From the IMG/VR virus record IMGVR_UViG_3300018478_000073: a stretch of DNA of 64,000 bases; one strand, 5' to 3'. The notes beneath the pieces are model-generated. The model was not told the DNA's origin. It was given only the letters and a program-made list of their open reading frames with translations, and ran no database searches. This stretch comes from an uncultured virus (IMG/VR IMGVR_UViG_3300018478_000073). Taxonomy: Duplodnaviria; Heunggongvirae; Uroviricota; Caudoviricetes. A program made the translations under genes and the position numbers. Positions 28,809 through 39,511 of this stretch are shown one piece after another (positions within the stretch are counted from its first letter, which is position 1; every line of letters begins with the position of its first letter).

Positions 28809-29435
28809 TTGTTTTGTCTATTAGGTTCTGACAGATTATTTGGAGATGAAGTAATAGTATATGATACAGATGATGGTGCAGTAGAGGTTATAAATATAGA
28901 TGATATCCGAGATTTTCTTAAGAGTGGTGGTAGGTTTGGCAATATAAAATCATTCACATTTCGCCCTTATAAAAATTATGGATGTTTAATGGAGGTAAAA
29001 GTATCGGATTTACCATCTTCGGAGAAGAACATTAGCTATGATGGTGAGATACTTTTTGTTGACAGTATTCCTAGACTAAGCATAAGAGAGGATGACTTTG
29101 AAGATGGTTTCACTCACTATTTTTACTGTGAGAATGGTCTAGGACTGTATCTTAGCAATACTTGCTATATGATATTGCACAATAACGTATTACACAAGTT
29201 TACTGTTAAGGGTGCCAGATTCACATCTTCTAATTTAAGGTCATCAACACATGATTTTAAAACAGTTGCCTGCTTAAAAATAAATTATAGAACACTATAT
29301 GATACAGAGTGTATTTGGTTAAAGTTTGATAAAAGTAAGGTAATAGTAGGTGGCACTTCTAAAGAATCTATTTATTCTACTATGAGGTGTAATGAGAAAC
29401 AGTTTAAGAGGATGTGCTTACTATCAGGTAAGTAG
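28809..29435 (+). CDS. 'DTDD'-family paralog
   Basis: IVYDTDDGAVEVI; C-terminal FKRMCLLS. Confidence 0.75.
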   Translation: MFCLLGSDRLFGDEVIVYDTDDGAVEVINIDDIRDFLKSGGRFGNIKSFTFRPYKNYGCLMEVKVSDLPSSEKNISYDGEILFVDSIPRLSIREDDFEDGFTHYFYCENGLGLYLSNTCYMILHNNVLHKFTVKGARFTSSNLRSSTHDFKTVACLKINYRTLYDTECIWLKFDKSKVIVGGTSKESIYSTMRCNEKQFKRMCLLSGK

Positions 29436-29540
29436 TAAGATATTGGTAATTTCATTATATTACTATTACACGAAGATATATTAGGAGTAGTGCTATAGTT
29501 AAAGTAAATATATATAAGAATGAAAGGAGTATATTTAAAA

Positions 29541-30527
29541 ATGAGAAGCAAAACAAGAGGCTTACTAGCAGTAGCAATCGCAGGGGGTATTGCACTAACT
29601 GGGTGTAGTACAAGTAGCGTGGAGGGGGCAGGGGTATCCCAGAAAGATGTAAAAGTAATGAAAGAGGCTTTAGCTACGTTAAAAGCAACCGATAGTTACT
29701 TAGTACAGACAAAAATGACCGCACCGGATGGAAATGCAACGTATCTGGAGGTAGTAAATGATGGTGGAAGTTATACTGAATATCCAGTAGATGATAACGG
29801 TAATATCGTATCAGACACACAGCAGAAGGATGGAGGAACTTCAGAGAACTATTCACTTGCAGACTGGCTTGAGCCAGATGGTAAGATATACATGGTAGGG
29901 GGTACTGATTCAGAGTTCTACAAAGCACCCGATTCTTACGGAGAGAAGTTACTTAGCAGAAATGTTGGATACTTCGATAAGATGGTAGACAGTTTCACTT
30001 CTATAGAGAAGGAGGATGAGACGGTGACGGGTGATATCGGTGACGGTGAAGAGGAGTTTACAGTATATAAATGTAAGCTACCTGCTGAAAAGGTTAAAGA
30101 AGTGATGGGTGCAACAACATATGGGTTATATGATTCATACGTAGATGAGAAAGGGATTGACAAGAATATTAAAAAACTTTGTCAGTTTTATTTGGATGAC
30201 TTGGATATGACTTTAACTTTTAGTGACGCAAACGTTACCGTAGCTATGTCTGATGGTGAATTGCGTCAGGTAACGTTAGAAACTGGTGGTTTAGGTACAA
30301 AGTTATACGTTGAGAAGTCATTTTTAATGAATGCTGAGTATGACTTGAGAGAGAAGCCAGATTTCAAGAATGCTAAAGACTATTCAGATTCTATGAAAGA
30401 TGTTGCTGATTATGTAGCTGATTTCGATAGTTATGAAGAGGCAGTTGAAGCATTAAGCAATACAGGAGAATCTACTGAAGAAGCGGGGGTATCAAGTGAG
30501 GAATCCAATGATACAAGTAACAAATAG
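29541..30527 (+). CDS. Lipoprotein
   Basis: MRSKTR + hydrophobic stretch + lipobox LTGC; AAGGAG RBS. Confidence 0.8.
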   Translation: MRSKTRGLLAVAIAGGIALTGCSTSSVEGAGVSQKDVKVMKEALATLKATDSYLVQTKMTAPDGNATYLEVVNDGGSYTEYPVDDNGNIVSDTQQKDGGTSENYSLADWLEPDGKIYMVGGTDSEFYKAPDSYGEKLLSRNVGYFDKMVDSFTSIEKEDETVTGDIGDGEEEFTVYKCKLPAEKVKEVMGATTYGLYDSYVDEKGIDKNIKKLCQFYLDDLDMTLTFSDANVTVAMSDGELRQVTLETGGLGTKLYVEKSFLMNAEYDLREKPDFKNAKDYSDSMKDVADYVADFDSYEEAVEALSNTGESTEEAGVSSEESNDTSNK

Positions 30528-30585
30528 TTAGGTTTTCTGTATTTGTACCTTGAAAATTAAATAAAGTATAAAAGGAGGTAAAGCT

Positions 30586-32160
30586 ATGAAAAAGACAGTT
30601 GTTTGCCTTTTAACCGCAGTTACAATAGTGAGTACTTGTTTAGCACCAGTAACAGTATTTGCTACTGACAATGATACTACGGTTGAGAAGGCAAAATCAG
30701 ATGATTCTAAGGCAGACAAGGAAACAAACGAATCCAAGTCAGGCAGTAATGAGTCAGAAGATTTGCGTAGTGAGTCCGAGAAGAATGAGCCGACTAAAGA
30801 TGAGTCGAGTGAGGATAAGGACGAGAAGCCAAAACCAGATAAGGATACTGGTAAGGAGGAAACTACTTCAAAGACATCTTTTAAACCTAATGATAACTTG
30901 AGTGCAGTCAAGGAGTACATGTGTTCATTCATTGAACCAGAAAATGGGTATTGGGGTGCTTATCTTGCAAGACAGGGATTTATACCTATCGGCTTCAAGA
31001 AAGAGGGCACGTCTAACATAGAAGGTAAAAAGAATGTATACCTATACCCGAAGGTAACATACACAGGGTATAATGCTTCAGTAGACTATGCAGATGTAAC
31101 CATTGGAGAGGATGACAACATTAAAGACGATAAGGTAAATGCCACACTGAATAAGTGGTATTCTATCGATGGTGTCGAAGATATGTCTAGTTTGAATGAG
31201 TATGTCTTAAAAAATAAAGATAAGCTCCAAAAGACAAAGGCTGACACATATGTAGGGTTCTCAACTTATAGAAATGCTCTTGATTGTGTAGATGGTATCA
31301 TAATTTACACAGAAGGGGGTAGTTACGTAGGGACAATCGCCGTTGACACAAAAGACGGTTTTACGGAGTTATATGATGAGGATTTACTAGTCAAGAAAGA
31401 TGGTAAAATCGAGTTATCAGAGCCAGTGTTAAGTAAGGATGCGAAAAGTGTTACAATGCACTTCTCATATGACTATGAGAACAGTCCTGCGGTACTCGGA
31501 GAAGAGAAGTTAATTTCATTTGAGATTAAGACAAAGGATGGGGGTATCTATCTTGATGGTGTAGACACATCAGACTTAATTTATAGAAATAAACTTACAA
31601 AAGGTACTACAAAGGACTTTGAAATCAATGTTAATGGTAGTTATGTATTAGAGGTAAATTCGTCAACACAGAAAATTAAAGTACCTTTCAGGGTATCTGG
31701 AATTAAGTATGACGTTGATGAAAGTACACAGAATAAAAAAGCGCCTAAGATTTCATACGGTGAGTTACCTAACGGAATCTTAAAGGGTACACCATATCAG
31801 ATTAAGGTATTTACAGACGTAGAGACAAGTGTTATCTTTAATGGTGAATCAGATGGTATTGTAGCAAAAGAGCATACATTTACAGTAAAGGGTAATGGAA
31901 CTTACAGTGTAGTAGCAACATCTAAGGATGGTGCGGAATCTGTTGATAGCGTAAAAATCAGTGGCTTTGTTGATGATGTAAGCGCAATCAATTTGAGTGC
32001 TTATGGAGATGGAGGTACAGGTATTTTACCGCAGACAGGTGGTATTGCGACAGTAGTAGGTGTAATTTCTGGGTTCTTAGCAGTGGCAGGGGGTATCTTG
32101 TTATTTAAGAAAGATTCCATAGTTACATGGTTAAGAAAAAGAAAGAAGGTGTCAAAATAA
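30586..32160 (+). CDS. LPXTG cell-wall-anchored surface protein
   Basis: Signal peptide ending VFA; C-terminal LPQTG + TM + RKRKK. Confidence 0.9.
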   Translation: MKKTVVCLLTAVTIVSTCLAPVTVFATDNDTTVEKAKSDDSKADKETNESKSGSNESEDLRSESEKNEPTKDESSEDKDEKPKPDKDTGKEETTSKTSFKPNDNLSAVKEYMCSFIEPENGYWGAYLARQGFIPIGFKKEGTSNIEGKKNVYLYPKVTYTGYNASVDYADVTIGEDDNIKDDKVNATLNKWYSIDGVEDMSSLNEYVLKNKDKLQKTKADTYVGFSTYRNALDCVDGIIIYTEGGSYVGTIAVDTKDGFTELYDEDLLVKKDGKIELSEPVLSKDAKSVTMHFSYDYENSPAVLGEEKLISFEIKTKDGGIYLDGVDTSDLIYRNKLTKGTTKDFEINVNGSYVLEVNSSTQKIKVPFRVSGIKYDVDESTQNKKAPKISYGELPNGILKGTPYQIKVFTDVETSVIFNGESDGIVAKEHTFTVKGNGTYSVVATSKDGAESVDSVKISGFVDDVSAINLSAYGDGGTGILPQTGGIATVVGVISGFLAVAGGILLFKKDSIVTWLRKRKKVSK

Positions 32161-35100
32161 ATGAAGAGTTTACTTAAAAGGCTTGGTTTAGGCTTTGTAC
32201 TTATGCTGACACTATTATGCAGTTCAATTACTGCTTTTGCAGGTAGTGGAGATGGTGGTTCAGGTGGCTCAGGTGGTAATGGTGGTGGAGCTACAGGAGG
32301 TTCATGGTGGCCGTATTGTTACGGTGTAACAATCAATCTGATGCAGAGGCAAGACTTGCTTGTAGCAGGGGGTATAAACCCAGCTAACGCTGATGCATAT
32401 AGAAATTACAGTAGTGGTATAACATTTCTATTAGATGGTGTAACGAAACAACCAGTTACTAATTTAGATGAGTTAGTTAACAATGCAGGTCTAACGAGAC
32501 GTGGTTCTCATATTTCAACAGACTTAAGCAGATTGGACTACTTATTCCCAGGTCATACTGGTCACTTAGGTGCTGCTATTACAAGGATACATGCAGTACA
32601 AGGTGATTTAGCGGTTACTAATAATTATTACTTTGACTTTAAGACACTTGCGGACACATTCAATAACGTATTAGCACCACAGAAAGGTAATACAATGTTG
32701 TATGACTCAGACCAAAGACGTGAATTTTACAGACGCTTTAAGTCATTAGTACCAGATGTAACGATGTCAGAGGAAGACTTTATGACAAAGAAGGGGGTAG
32801 TTGTAGTTTACCCTGTGGTTGGTTACACAAATATCAATGGTGGTGGAAGTAATGTATTTATGACATTCCCACAGGCATGGCAGATAAATCAGTCAGATAA
32901 GGATAAATGGGGTGGTTTATTCCAAAGATTATACTCTGGAAGTATAACATCATTAGGACGCCCAGGTACTGTTGCCGCCCAACTTCAGACTGCTATAGGT
33001 ACGTACAGAAATGTATTCGACCTAAATATGAATCCAATCGATAATAATATCGATTATAACTGGTTAATGAATAATGATTTCTACTTTAATAAGTTAAATG
33101 ATGGGTTCAGACTTGGTTTTGCAGTATATGGTAACGAGTACAAAGGCGAGACAAAGGCTTCAACAAACCTCATGGTTAAGGCAACACAGAATGACGATGG
33201 CTCATACGATTTGGATGCTAAAGCTTCTATGATATCACAGGAAAAAGGTGATATGCCAGTAGATGAATCATTAAAGAATGGTACAACTACAAATAACAAC
33301 ATCAAGGGCGGTCAGTCAGATAACGGCGGTAATGTACCTACACTTGTAACCAATGTTAAGTCAAGTGATACAGATGGCTACAAGACATATGCCTATGGTT
33401 CATTTTTACTGAAAGGTAGTGGAAACATCAATTCAAGTGCAAACTTGAATGAGATGAGAAAATTCACAGAGGGTACTAAGATTCAAGCAAATGAGTCAAC
33501 AGTATCAAGTGGAAACTTCAATGGGGGTAAAACTTACAAACCAGCATATAAGAATAAAACTCCGATTGAGGCGGCTCAGTACTTTGCAAGTTCTACATTT
33601 GGAGGAAATGCTGAAAAAATAGTACAAAGCATGTCTGGTATTGACGGTGCTGAGGTAAGAAACATTGCTTACAACTTGACAGCTATGGCAAACAATAAGA
33701 GTAAAGTTTCTTCAGCTAAGATTGATGCTACTAACGGAGCAACTGCAGGAAATGGAGATATTAAACTATCTGGACAGGAACAGAAGGTTGGTATGGCGGT
33801 AGAATATGTTTACAAGTCAAAACCTATTAAGTCCTATATTTCTTTTGCAGAGATTACTTATGATAAGGATATAAACAGTAGCTTTAAAGTTCAGTCAAAT
33901 GATACAGTAGACCACACATTAGCGGAAGAGGGTAATTTTACAATCAACAAAGACCGCTATATGGTTGCTATCGTACCTAATTCAGATACAAGTAATGGTC
34001 TTGATAACAATAAAGACTATGTATGGAATAAGGTAAAAGATAGTATCAAACAGGGTGAAGTATTTGATACAACAGATTTTAAGGGTGTTATAGATACTGT
34101 AACAAGAAATAATACTGTTTCAGAAGGTACTACAAATGGAGCTACAGTAGCAGTTGGAGCTAATAAGGGTAAAGGTTACAGTGTTTATGTTCTTGTTGTT
34201 AACGCACCAGATTCAGTAGATATTAAAGCTGATGTTGAGTTAAAAGACTACCAGTTAAATAAGGTAGCATTAGATATGCTTGCATCAAGAAAAGCAGTGA
34301 TTACAAACAGTGGAGAGTTAGTATCTAGCGGTAAGATTGGTGAGTATGAGTGCAGTATAGGTCAAGGAAGACATCCTATTTTTGGAGAGACTTCCAAGTA
34401 CAAGCTATATTCTTCATCACCTCAGGGTGGAAAAACAGTGGATGTAGCGACAAGTACTCCAGAAAAACTTGTTTATTATAACTCATTGTTAGGTAGCTCA
34501 TACACATTAGCGCAGGTAAATGGGGGTATCAATAATATCGATGGTTCAGAGCCAAAGAGATACACATATGCGTTTAACCTGTCAAGAGGTATCTTTGGTG
34601 ATACACGAGTTATCTCAGCTTTAAGCTCAAATCAGTTAAATAAGCAAGATAAAGATGCATTACTCAATACACACAAGCATAAATACGGTATTACTGCGGA
34701 AAAAGTCATTGAAGCGAATCCAGAAAGAGATTCAAACGCTAAGATAGTTGATGGAGTATATGATACATTAGTGTTCAACTCAGCATGGATGAATGGGGGT
34801 AAATCTCCTAGTGGAATCAAGACATTGACTCATAAAGGTATTGTCGATACAGAGGATGGTAAGACTGAGGTAACAGAGAAATACAAGTCAGAGGCAGAAA
34901 GTGGAGCAAGACCTCTTAAAATGAATGGGTTAGCAGTATATCAAGTAAACGTTAAGTTGAATGAGACTATACACAAGTATAGTACAGGTGTCATGGAAAC
35001 CGGTATCAACAAGCATGTAGCTAGTGAGAATGATAAAAAAGCTCACAAGGTAGACTTTACTGAGCCAACAAACTCGTTTAGCGGTAACAAAAAGCCGTCA

Positions 35101-36528
35101 GACATCAAGAAATCTGATAAGTATACTTACAGATATTCATTTGTAGCTAATACGAGTGGAAAACCATTAAGTTTTGTACCTGAGGTAAGAATGAGAGCGT
35201 ACTTCACAAATGGTAGTGATACCATAAAAGGGGGTACTGTTATTCCAAGAACTATTCTTACAATGGCAGAAGAGGTACGTAAAGTTAAACCAAGTACACT
35301 GTATGTAACAACGGTAACGAAGAAGCAGGACAATGCAGTAACAGGTGATAAAAATGTAACATTACATTCGGATACAATGGCAACTGGAACTAATGCAAGT
35401 AAGGCTAAGGGTAACAACTTACCAGTAATCTATGGTGGTTCAGATGTTACATTAAGCATTAAGGATTCAGACTTCCAAGTAAATATGCATGGTTACACAT
35501 TAGACCTCATCAACAAAGAAAAAGATGGTGGTGGTATGTTACTCGGAAATGGAAAGACACTTCCATATAATGCTATTGTAAATGATACAAGTTTCGACCC
35601 ATATAAGACATGGGGTAATACAGATTCCGCAGATAAGGCACTGGAAGATTACAAAAAGTGGACAGAAAGTATTGCTAAGAGTCTTAAGGTAGATATGACA
35701 TTACGTGTAACAAAAGCTGATAGCGGAGAGGAACACAAGTCATTCAATAACTTCAATGTATCACAGGGTAAAGCTCAGATGCTTACACTTGGAGAAGATG
35801 GTAAGGTTACAGGTAAGGAAGACTTCAAAGCAGATACGGCAACAAAGCAGGAGGGGGTATTCCCACTCTATGTAAGACGTGGAGAGCTTGCTAAGTCAGC
35901 AAGTGACCCAATGGCACAGGGATATAATGCATTAATTCAGGCTATTAAGTCTGATTATGGTGTAGATGATGCAACTGCTTCAAAGATTTTTGAAGAGTCA
36001 GATTTGTACAAAACTATCTGCAGAGCCGTTGAAGATACGAAAGATGACATAAACAAGTCGCAGAAAGTTGATACATCTGAGAATGGAGCACATGCAGTAA
36101 GGTCAGAAGACCAGGATGATAACTGGTATGATGAAGAGGTTAAGACATTTGTCGTGAGACGATTCACTACAAAGCCAGTAACAATCAACGATATTATCTT
36201 ATCTGACAAACTTGACTACAACATTGCACCAGACAGTACAAAGGGTAAACGCTCAAGTGGAGAAACAGGAAGAGGTCAGAGCAATGCACAGCAGACAGAG
36301 TACAAAACAAATCATGGTCAGTGGTTCATGACATTGTACTTAGATAAGGAAGGTCTTAAAGATAACAGTCTGTACGAGGGTATGACATTCTATAATCCGA
36401 AAGATGGTGAAGTAGATAGGTCTAAAGATTACTACAGGAATGGTACGGTACTTATCGATAAAGAGTATGTAGGAAGTAAGGCAGACTTCAAAGTACCTAG
36501 TGCATCCACAAGCGATATGCTTAAATAA
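32161..36528 (+). CDS. Large secreted protein, 1455 aa
   Basis: Signal peptide ending AFA, Gly-rich linker, long beta-rich-looking body; no LPXTG. Confidence 0.85.
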   Translation: MKSLLKRLGLGFVLMLTLLCSSITAFAGSGDGGSGGSGGNGGGATGGSWWPYCYGVTINLMQRQDLLVAGGINPANADAYRNYSSGITFLLDGVTKQPVTNLDELVNNAGLTRRGSHISTDLSRLDYLFPGHTGHLGAAITRIHAVQGDLAVTNNYYFDFKTLADTFNNVLAPQKGNTMLYDSDQRREFYRRFKSLVPDVTMSEEDFMTKKGVVVVYPVVGYTNINGGGSNVFMTFPQAWQINQSDKDKWGGLFQRLYSGSITSLGRPGTVAAQLQTAIGTYRNVFDLNMNPIDNNIDYNWLMNNDFYFNKLNDGFRLGFAVYGNEYKGETKASTNLMVKATQNDDGSYDLDAKASMISQEKGDMPVDESLKNGTTTNNNIKGGQSDNGGNVPTLVTNVKSSDTDGYKTYAYGSFLLKGSGNINSSANLNEMRKFTEGTKIQANESTVSSGNFNGGKTYKPAYKNKTPIEAAQYFASSTFGGNAEKIVQSMSGIDGAEVRNIAYNLTAMANNKSKVSSAKIDATNGATAGNGDIKLSGQEQKVGMAVEYVYKSKPIKSYISFAEITYDKDINSSFKVQSNDTVDHTLAEEGNFTINKDRYMVAIVPNSDTSNGLDNNKDYVWNKVKDSIKQGEVFDTTDFKGVIDTVTRNNTVSEGTTNGATVAVGANKGKGYSVYVLVVNAPDSVDIKADVELKDYQLNKVALDMLASRKAVITNSGELVSSGKIGEYECSIGQGRHPIFGETSKYKLYSSSPQGGKTVDVATSTPEKLVYYNSLLGSSYTLAQVNGGINNIDGSEPKRYTYAFNLSRGIFGDTRVISALSSNQLNKQDKDALLNTHKHKYGITAEKVIEANPERDSNAKIVDGVYDTLVFNSAWMNGGKSPSGIKTLTHKGIVDTEDGKTEVTEKYKSEAESGARPLKMNGLAVYQVNVKLNETIHKYSTGVMETGINKHVASENDKKAHKVDFTEPTNSFSGNKKPSDIKKSDKYTYRYSFVANTSGKPLSFVPEVRMRAYFTNGSDTIKGGTVIPRTILTMAEEVRKVKPSTLYVTTVTKKQDNAVTGDKNVTLHSDTMATGTNASKAKGNNLPVIYGGSDVTLSIKDSDFQVNMHGYTLDLINKEKDGGGMLLGNGKTLPYNAIVNDTSFDPYKTWGNTDSADKALEDYKKWTESIAKSLKVDMTLRVTKADSGEEHKSFNNFNVSQGKAQMLTLGEDGKVTGKEDFKADTATKQEGVFPLYVRRGELAKSASDPMAQGYNALIQAIKSDYGVDDATASKIFEESDLYKTICRAVEDTKDDINKSQKVDTSENGAHAVRSEDQDDNWYDEEVKTFVVRRFTTKPVTINDIILSDKLDYNIAPDSTKGKRSSGETGRGQSNAQQTEYKTNHGQWFMTLYLDKEGLKDNSLYEGMTFYNPKDGEVDRSKDYYRNGTVLIDKEYVGSKADFKVPSASTSDMLK

Positions 36529-36531
36529 GCC

Positions 36532-36568
36532 AAAGAAGGGGGTATCTATATGATACTCCTTTCTTTTT
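36532..36568 (+). terminator. Intrinsic terminator
   Basis: AAAGAAGGGGGTATC/GATACTCCTTTCTTT + T tract. Confidence 0.8.
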
Positions 36569-36623
36569 AATATAAGGAATAATATATAATATTTATGTTA
36601 TAAAATTTAGGAGGTAATAGTAA

Positions 36624-37223
36624 ATGTTATCTGAGTTATGTTCACTAAGATTAGAGTATGACTACTGTCAAGATAAGAAGTGTATAGCAGAGAGTATTTA
36701 TCAAGAGGTACTACAGTTATATTATCAGGAGAGTATACTACGAGATAATATAGATATTTCTAAAGGTTGTATTTCAACGTCATTAAATGCTTTTGGTCTG
36801 ATAAAAGATATTGTCTCATTGGATACGTTAAGATGTATTTTATACGATACTGATGAGAGTAATTCAGATTATTCTGTTTGTTTAAATGTTGCAGATGATG
36901 TTATATCTTGTATAAGTAAGAGTAAGAGGTATGATGAAAAATCTTATTACCCTTATTTATTGGCTAGGGTTAGTAGAAAATTGATTAGCCACTGCGATTC
37001 GGAGAGAGATATATACATAAGTGTATTAGATTATGTTCTTGAGAGAAGTTATTGCTTTATTTATGGTATCTTACCTTTAAGGTATAGTGATGGAAAAGAT
37101 TTACATGAGCTATACAATGCAGTATCCAACTATGCTGTTTCAGTATATTCAGATAATGATGTAGAGGAAAGTTTAAGTGACCTAGTAAGGTTACTAGTTG
37201 TTGTGACAGAAGATTTCATCTAG
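36624..37223 (+). CDS. Hypothetical protein
   Basis: AGGAGG RBS. Confidence 0.7.
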   Translation: MLSELCSLRLEYDYCQDKKCIAESIYQEVLQLYYQESILRDNIDISKGCISTSLNAFGLIKDIVSLDTLRCILYDTDESNSDYSVCLNVADDVISCISKSKRYDEKSYYPYLLARVSRKLISHCDSERDIYISVLDYVLERSYCFIYGILPLRYSDGKDLHELYNAVSNYAVSVYSDNDVEESLSDLVRLLVVVTEDFI

Positions 37224-37234
37224 GGGGTATAAAT

Positions 37235-38026
37235 ATGTTTTATTGTGTGAGAAATGGAAGAAAAAAAGGTATTTTTAGTACATGGCAGGAGGCGGAAGAG
37301 AGTGTAAAATGCTTTAAGGGTGCTGAGTTTAAGAAAGTAAAAACAATGGAAGAAGCCAAAGTTTACATGGAAGGGGGTATTGTAAAGTCTGGTTTTGTAT
37401 ATGCCGAAAAGGAAAGTAAAAAGATTTTCGATTCGTGGGAGGAGTGCAGAGATTATGTGTCTGGTCGTTCAGGCGTGCAGTATAAGAAGTTTAAGAGCAT
37501 GGATGAGGCATTAGCATGGATAAATACGAGTTCTAAAGATGTTGATAGTACAAATGAGTTACTAGATTTAGATGAGAGTATACCATCATTTTATATTGAT
37601 GGTAGCCACAGGGACGGGACAATAGGTTTTGGTGTGGTAGAGAAAGTTGGGGACATTATAACGTGCTATTCAGGTCAAACAGATGGGGGTATGGGAAATA
37701 TTTCTGGAGAATTATCAGCCTTGATGTTTTCGCTACACTTAATTAAGAGGTTAGGTATAAAAGAGGCAAATATTATCTACGACTATGAGGGTATTTATAA
37801 ATGGCTGTCAGGTGAGTATAGGGCACAGACACTTGAGTCAAAGAGTTATAAGAAATTTGCAAAGAATTTCACAAAAGAGAACGATTTAAAACTATATTAT
37901 TATAAGTGTAAATCGCATAGTGGAAATAAGTACAATAACATGGCGGATGCAACAGCAAAGCAAGCCTTGATTGACGCTAAGTTCTACCCACAAGATATGC
38001 TTACTGACATTGAGTTAGGTTTTTAA
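37235..38026 (+). CDS. rnhA: Ribonuclease HI with two N-terminal hybrid-binding (Caulimovirus viroplasmin-like) domains
   Basis: FYCVRNGRKKGIFSTWQE and IFDSWEEC...YKKF; YIDGS, GELSA, YDYEG, KSHSGNKYNNMAD. Confidence 0.88.
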   Translation: MFYCVRNGRKKGIFSTWQEAEESVKCFKGAEFKKVKTMEEAKVYMEGGIVKSGFVYAEKESKKIFDSWEECRDYVSGRSGVQYKKFKSMDEALAWINTSSKDVDSTNELLDLDESIPSFYIDGSHRDGTIGFGVVEKVGDIITCYSGQTDGGMGNISGELSALMFSLHLIKRLGIKEANIIYDYEGIYKWLSGEYRAQTLESKSYKKFAKNFTKENDLKLYYYKCKSHSGNKYNNMADATAKQALIDAKFYPQDMLTDIELGF

Positions 38027-38039
38027 ATGGAGATATAGT

Positions 38040-38867
38040 ATGAATAAAAATAAGGTATTAGGTTCAGTTCTTATTGCAACTGGCGTATGCTGTATAGGGA
38101 CAATGGCGTATCTGCACTTTGATGCTGAGAAAAAGCTAAATGACGAGTTAAAAAACAGGTTAGTGTATTCAAGTGTTGACTCAGGTACAACAGATTCAAG
38201 TCATTCAGACTTGCCAGAAGCAGTAGAGTTCTCCCCAGTACAAGAAGATATGAAAGTGGCTGAGGTAAAAACATTTACAAATGTGTTAGAGATTCCGTCT
38301 TGTGAAATTACAGTACCGCTAGTAGAGGGGGTATCACAGGAATCTCTGATGAGAGGTGCAGGGCATTTCCCAGAAACACCGAGTATAGGGGAGACTGGTA
38401 ATGCATGTTACGCAGGTCATTATAGTACTATATACAGTTGTATATTTAATAATCTGCCTAACATAAAGATATATGATGAAGTAGTAGGGTATGATGCAAA
38501 AGGAAATAAGACTGTATACACTGTTATAGGTAAATATATCACAACTCCAGATAACGTGGGGGTATTAGGTCAGCAAGAGGGAGTAAAGGATTTGACTCTT
38601 GTGACTTGTACTGAGAATGGGTTAATGCGTTTAATCGTATCGTGCAGAGAGCTGAGTAAGGAAGAACTAAAAGAGTATAAAAAGGAGTCTGAGAAAGAAA
38701 AACGCAGTTCAATGTATGCTATAAATGATAGCATAGGTGAGGTAAGCATATCAGATTACTTTAATAAGCAAGATAATGAAATGGAGAAGAGTAAAAGTAT
38801 CGATACATACAAGAGTTCATATATAACAGATACAAAAACTGAGGAGATTTTAAGAAGGGAGAAATAA
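38040..38867 (+). CDS. Sortase (class C/D-like)
   Basis: N-terminal TM; LEIP, GAGH, AGH, LTLVTC...R catalytic motifs. Confidence 0.9.
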   Translation: MNKNKVLGSVLIATGVCCIGTMAYLHFDAEKKLNDELKNRLVYSSVDSGTTDSSHSDLPEAVEFSPVQEDMKVAEVKTFTNVLEIPSCEITVPLVEGVSQESLMRGAGHFPETPSIGETGNACYAGHYSTIYSCIFNNLPNIKIYDEVVGYDAKGNKTVYTVIGKYITTPDNVGVLGQQEGVKDLTLVTCTENGLMRLIVSCRELSKEELKEYKKESEKEKRSSMYAINDSIGEVSISDYFNKQDNEMEKSKSIDTYKSSYITDTKTEEILRREK

Positions 38868-38868
38868 T

Positions 38869-39201
38869 TTGATGTTAAACTATCAAAGGTTTAAGGAAAA
38901 AGTATTAGAGAATGAAATTGCCAGTGCTAAGGAAGTCAAAGGATTCATAGTAAGGTGTACACTATGTACTATGATTCTATGTTTAACACTATCAGTTATT
39001 GCAAGTGCAGTAGTAGGTATGTTATGGGTATCATTTATTATTTTAGCATTATCTGGATTTGGTTTCTTTTCGTTACTGGATTTAGTATCGGAGGATAAGG
39101 ATACATTTATTAAGGTCAAAAAAGTAGTAAAATACTGGTGGTTGGGTATTCCAATATCAGTATTATTGCTTGCAGTATTAGCTTACATAAATCTAATTTA
39201 G
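38869..39201 (+). CDS. Membrane protein (about 3 TM)
   Basis: Hydrophobic segments. Confidence 0.7.
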   Translation: MMLNYQRFKEKVLENEIASAKEVKGFIVRCTLCTMILCLTLSVIASAVVGMLWVSFIILALSGFGFFSLLDLVSEDKDTFIKVKKVVKYWWLGIPISVLLLAVLAYINLI

Positions 39202-39212
39202 GAGGTATTGAC

Positions 39213-39506
39213 ATGAAGATAGCAACTGGGAATAGACTAGCACATTACCAGATAGAGTACAATGAACTGATTGAGCAGACAACTTTATTAAATCAGACTT
39301 TAATTTACAAACAGCAGGAATACCAAGTATTGTGTAATTATTTTAGTGTAAATCAGGGAGATAAAAATGCAAGAACGAGGTTAAATAAGTCTGCAAGAGA
39401 TATTAAATCTTTGAGAAGTAATATAGAAAGAAACAAAAGGCGTATGCTTACATTGCAGAGGCAAATGAAAATAGAGATGAATAAGGTATACGGAAGAAGG
39501 CATTAG
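39213..39506 (+). CDS. Basic coiled-coil protein
   Basis: AGGAGG RBS before ATG 39213. Confidence 0.65.
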   Translation: MKIATGNRLAHYQIEYNELIEQTTLLNQTLIYKQQEYQVLCNYFSVNQGDKNARTRLNKSARDIKSLRSNIERNKRRMLTLQRQMKIEMNKVYGRRH

Positions 39507-39511
39507 AGTAT

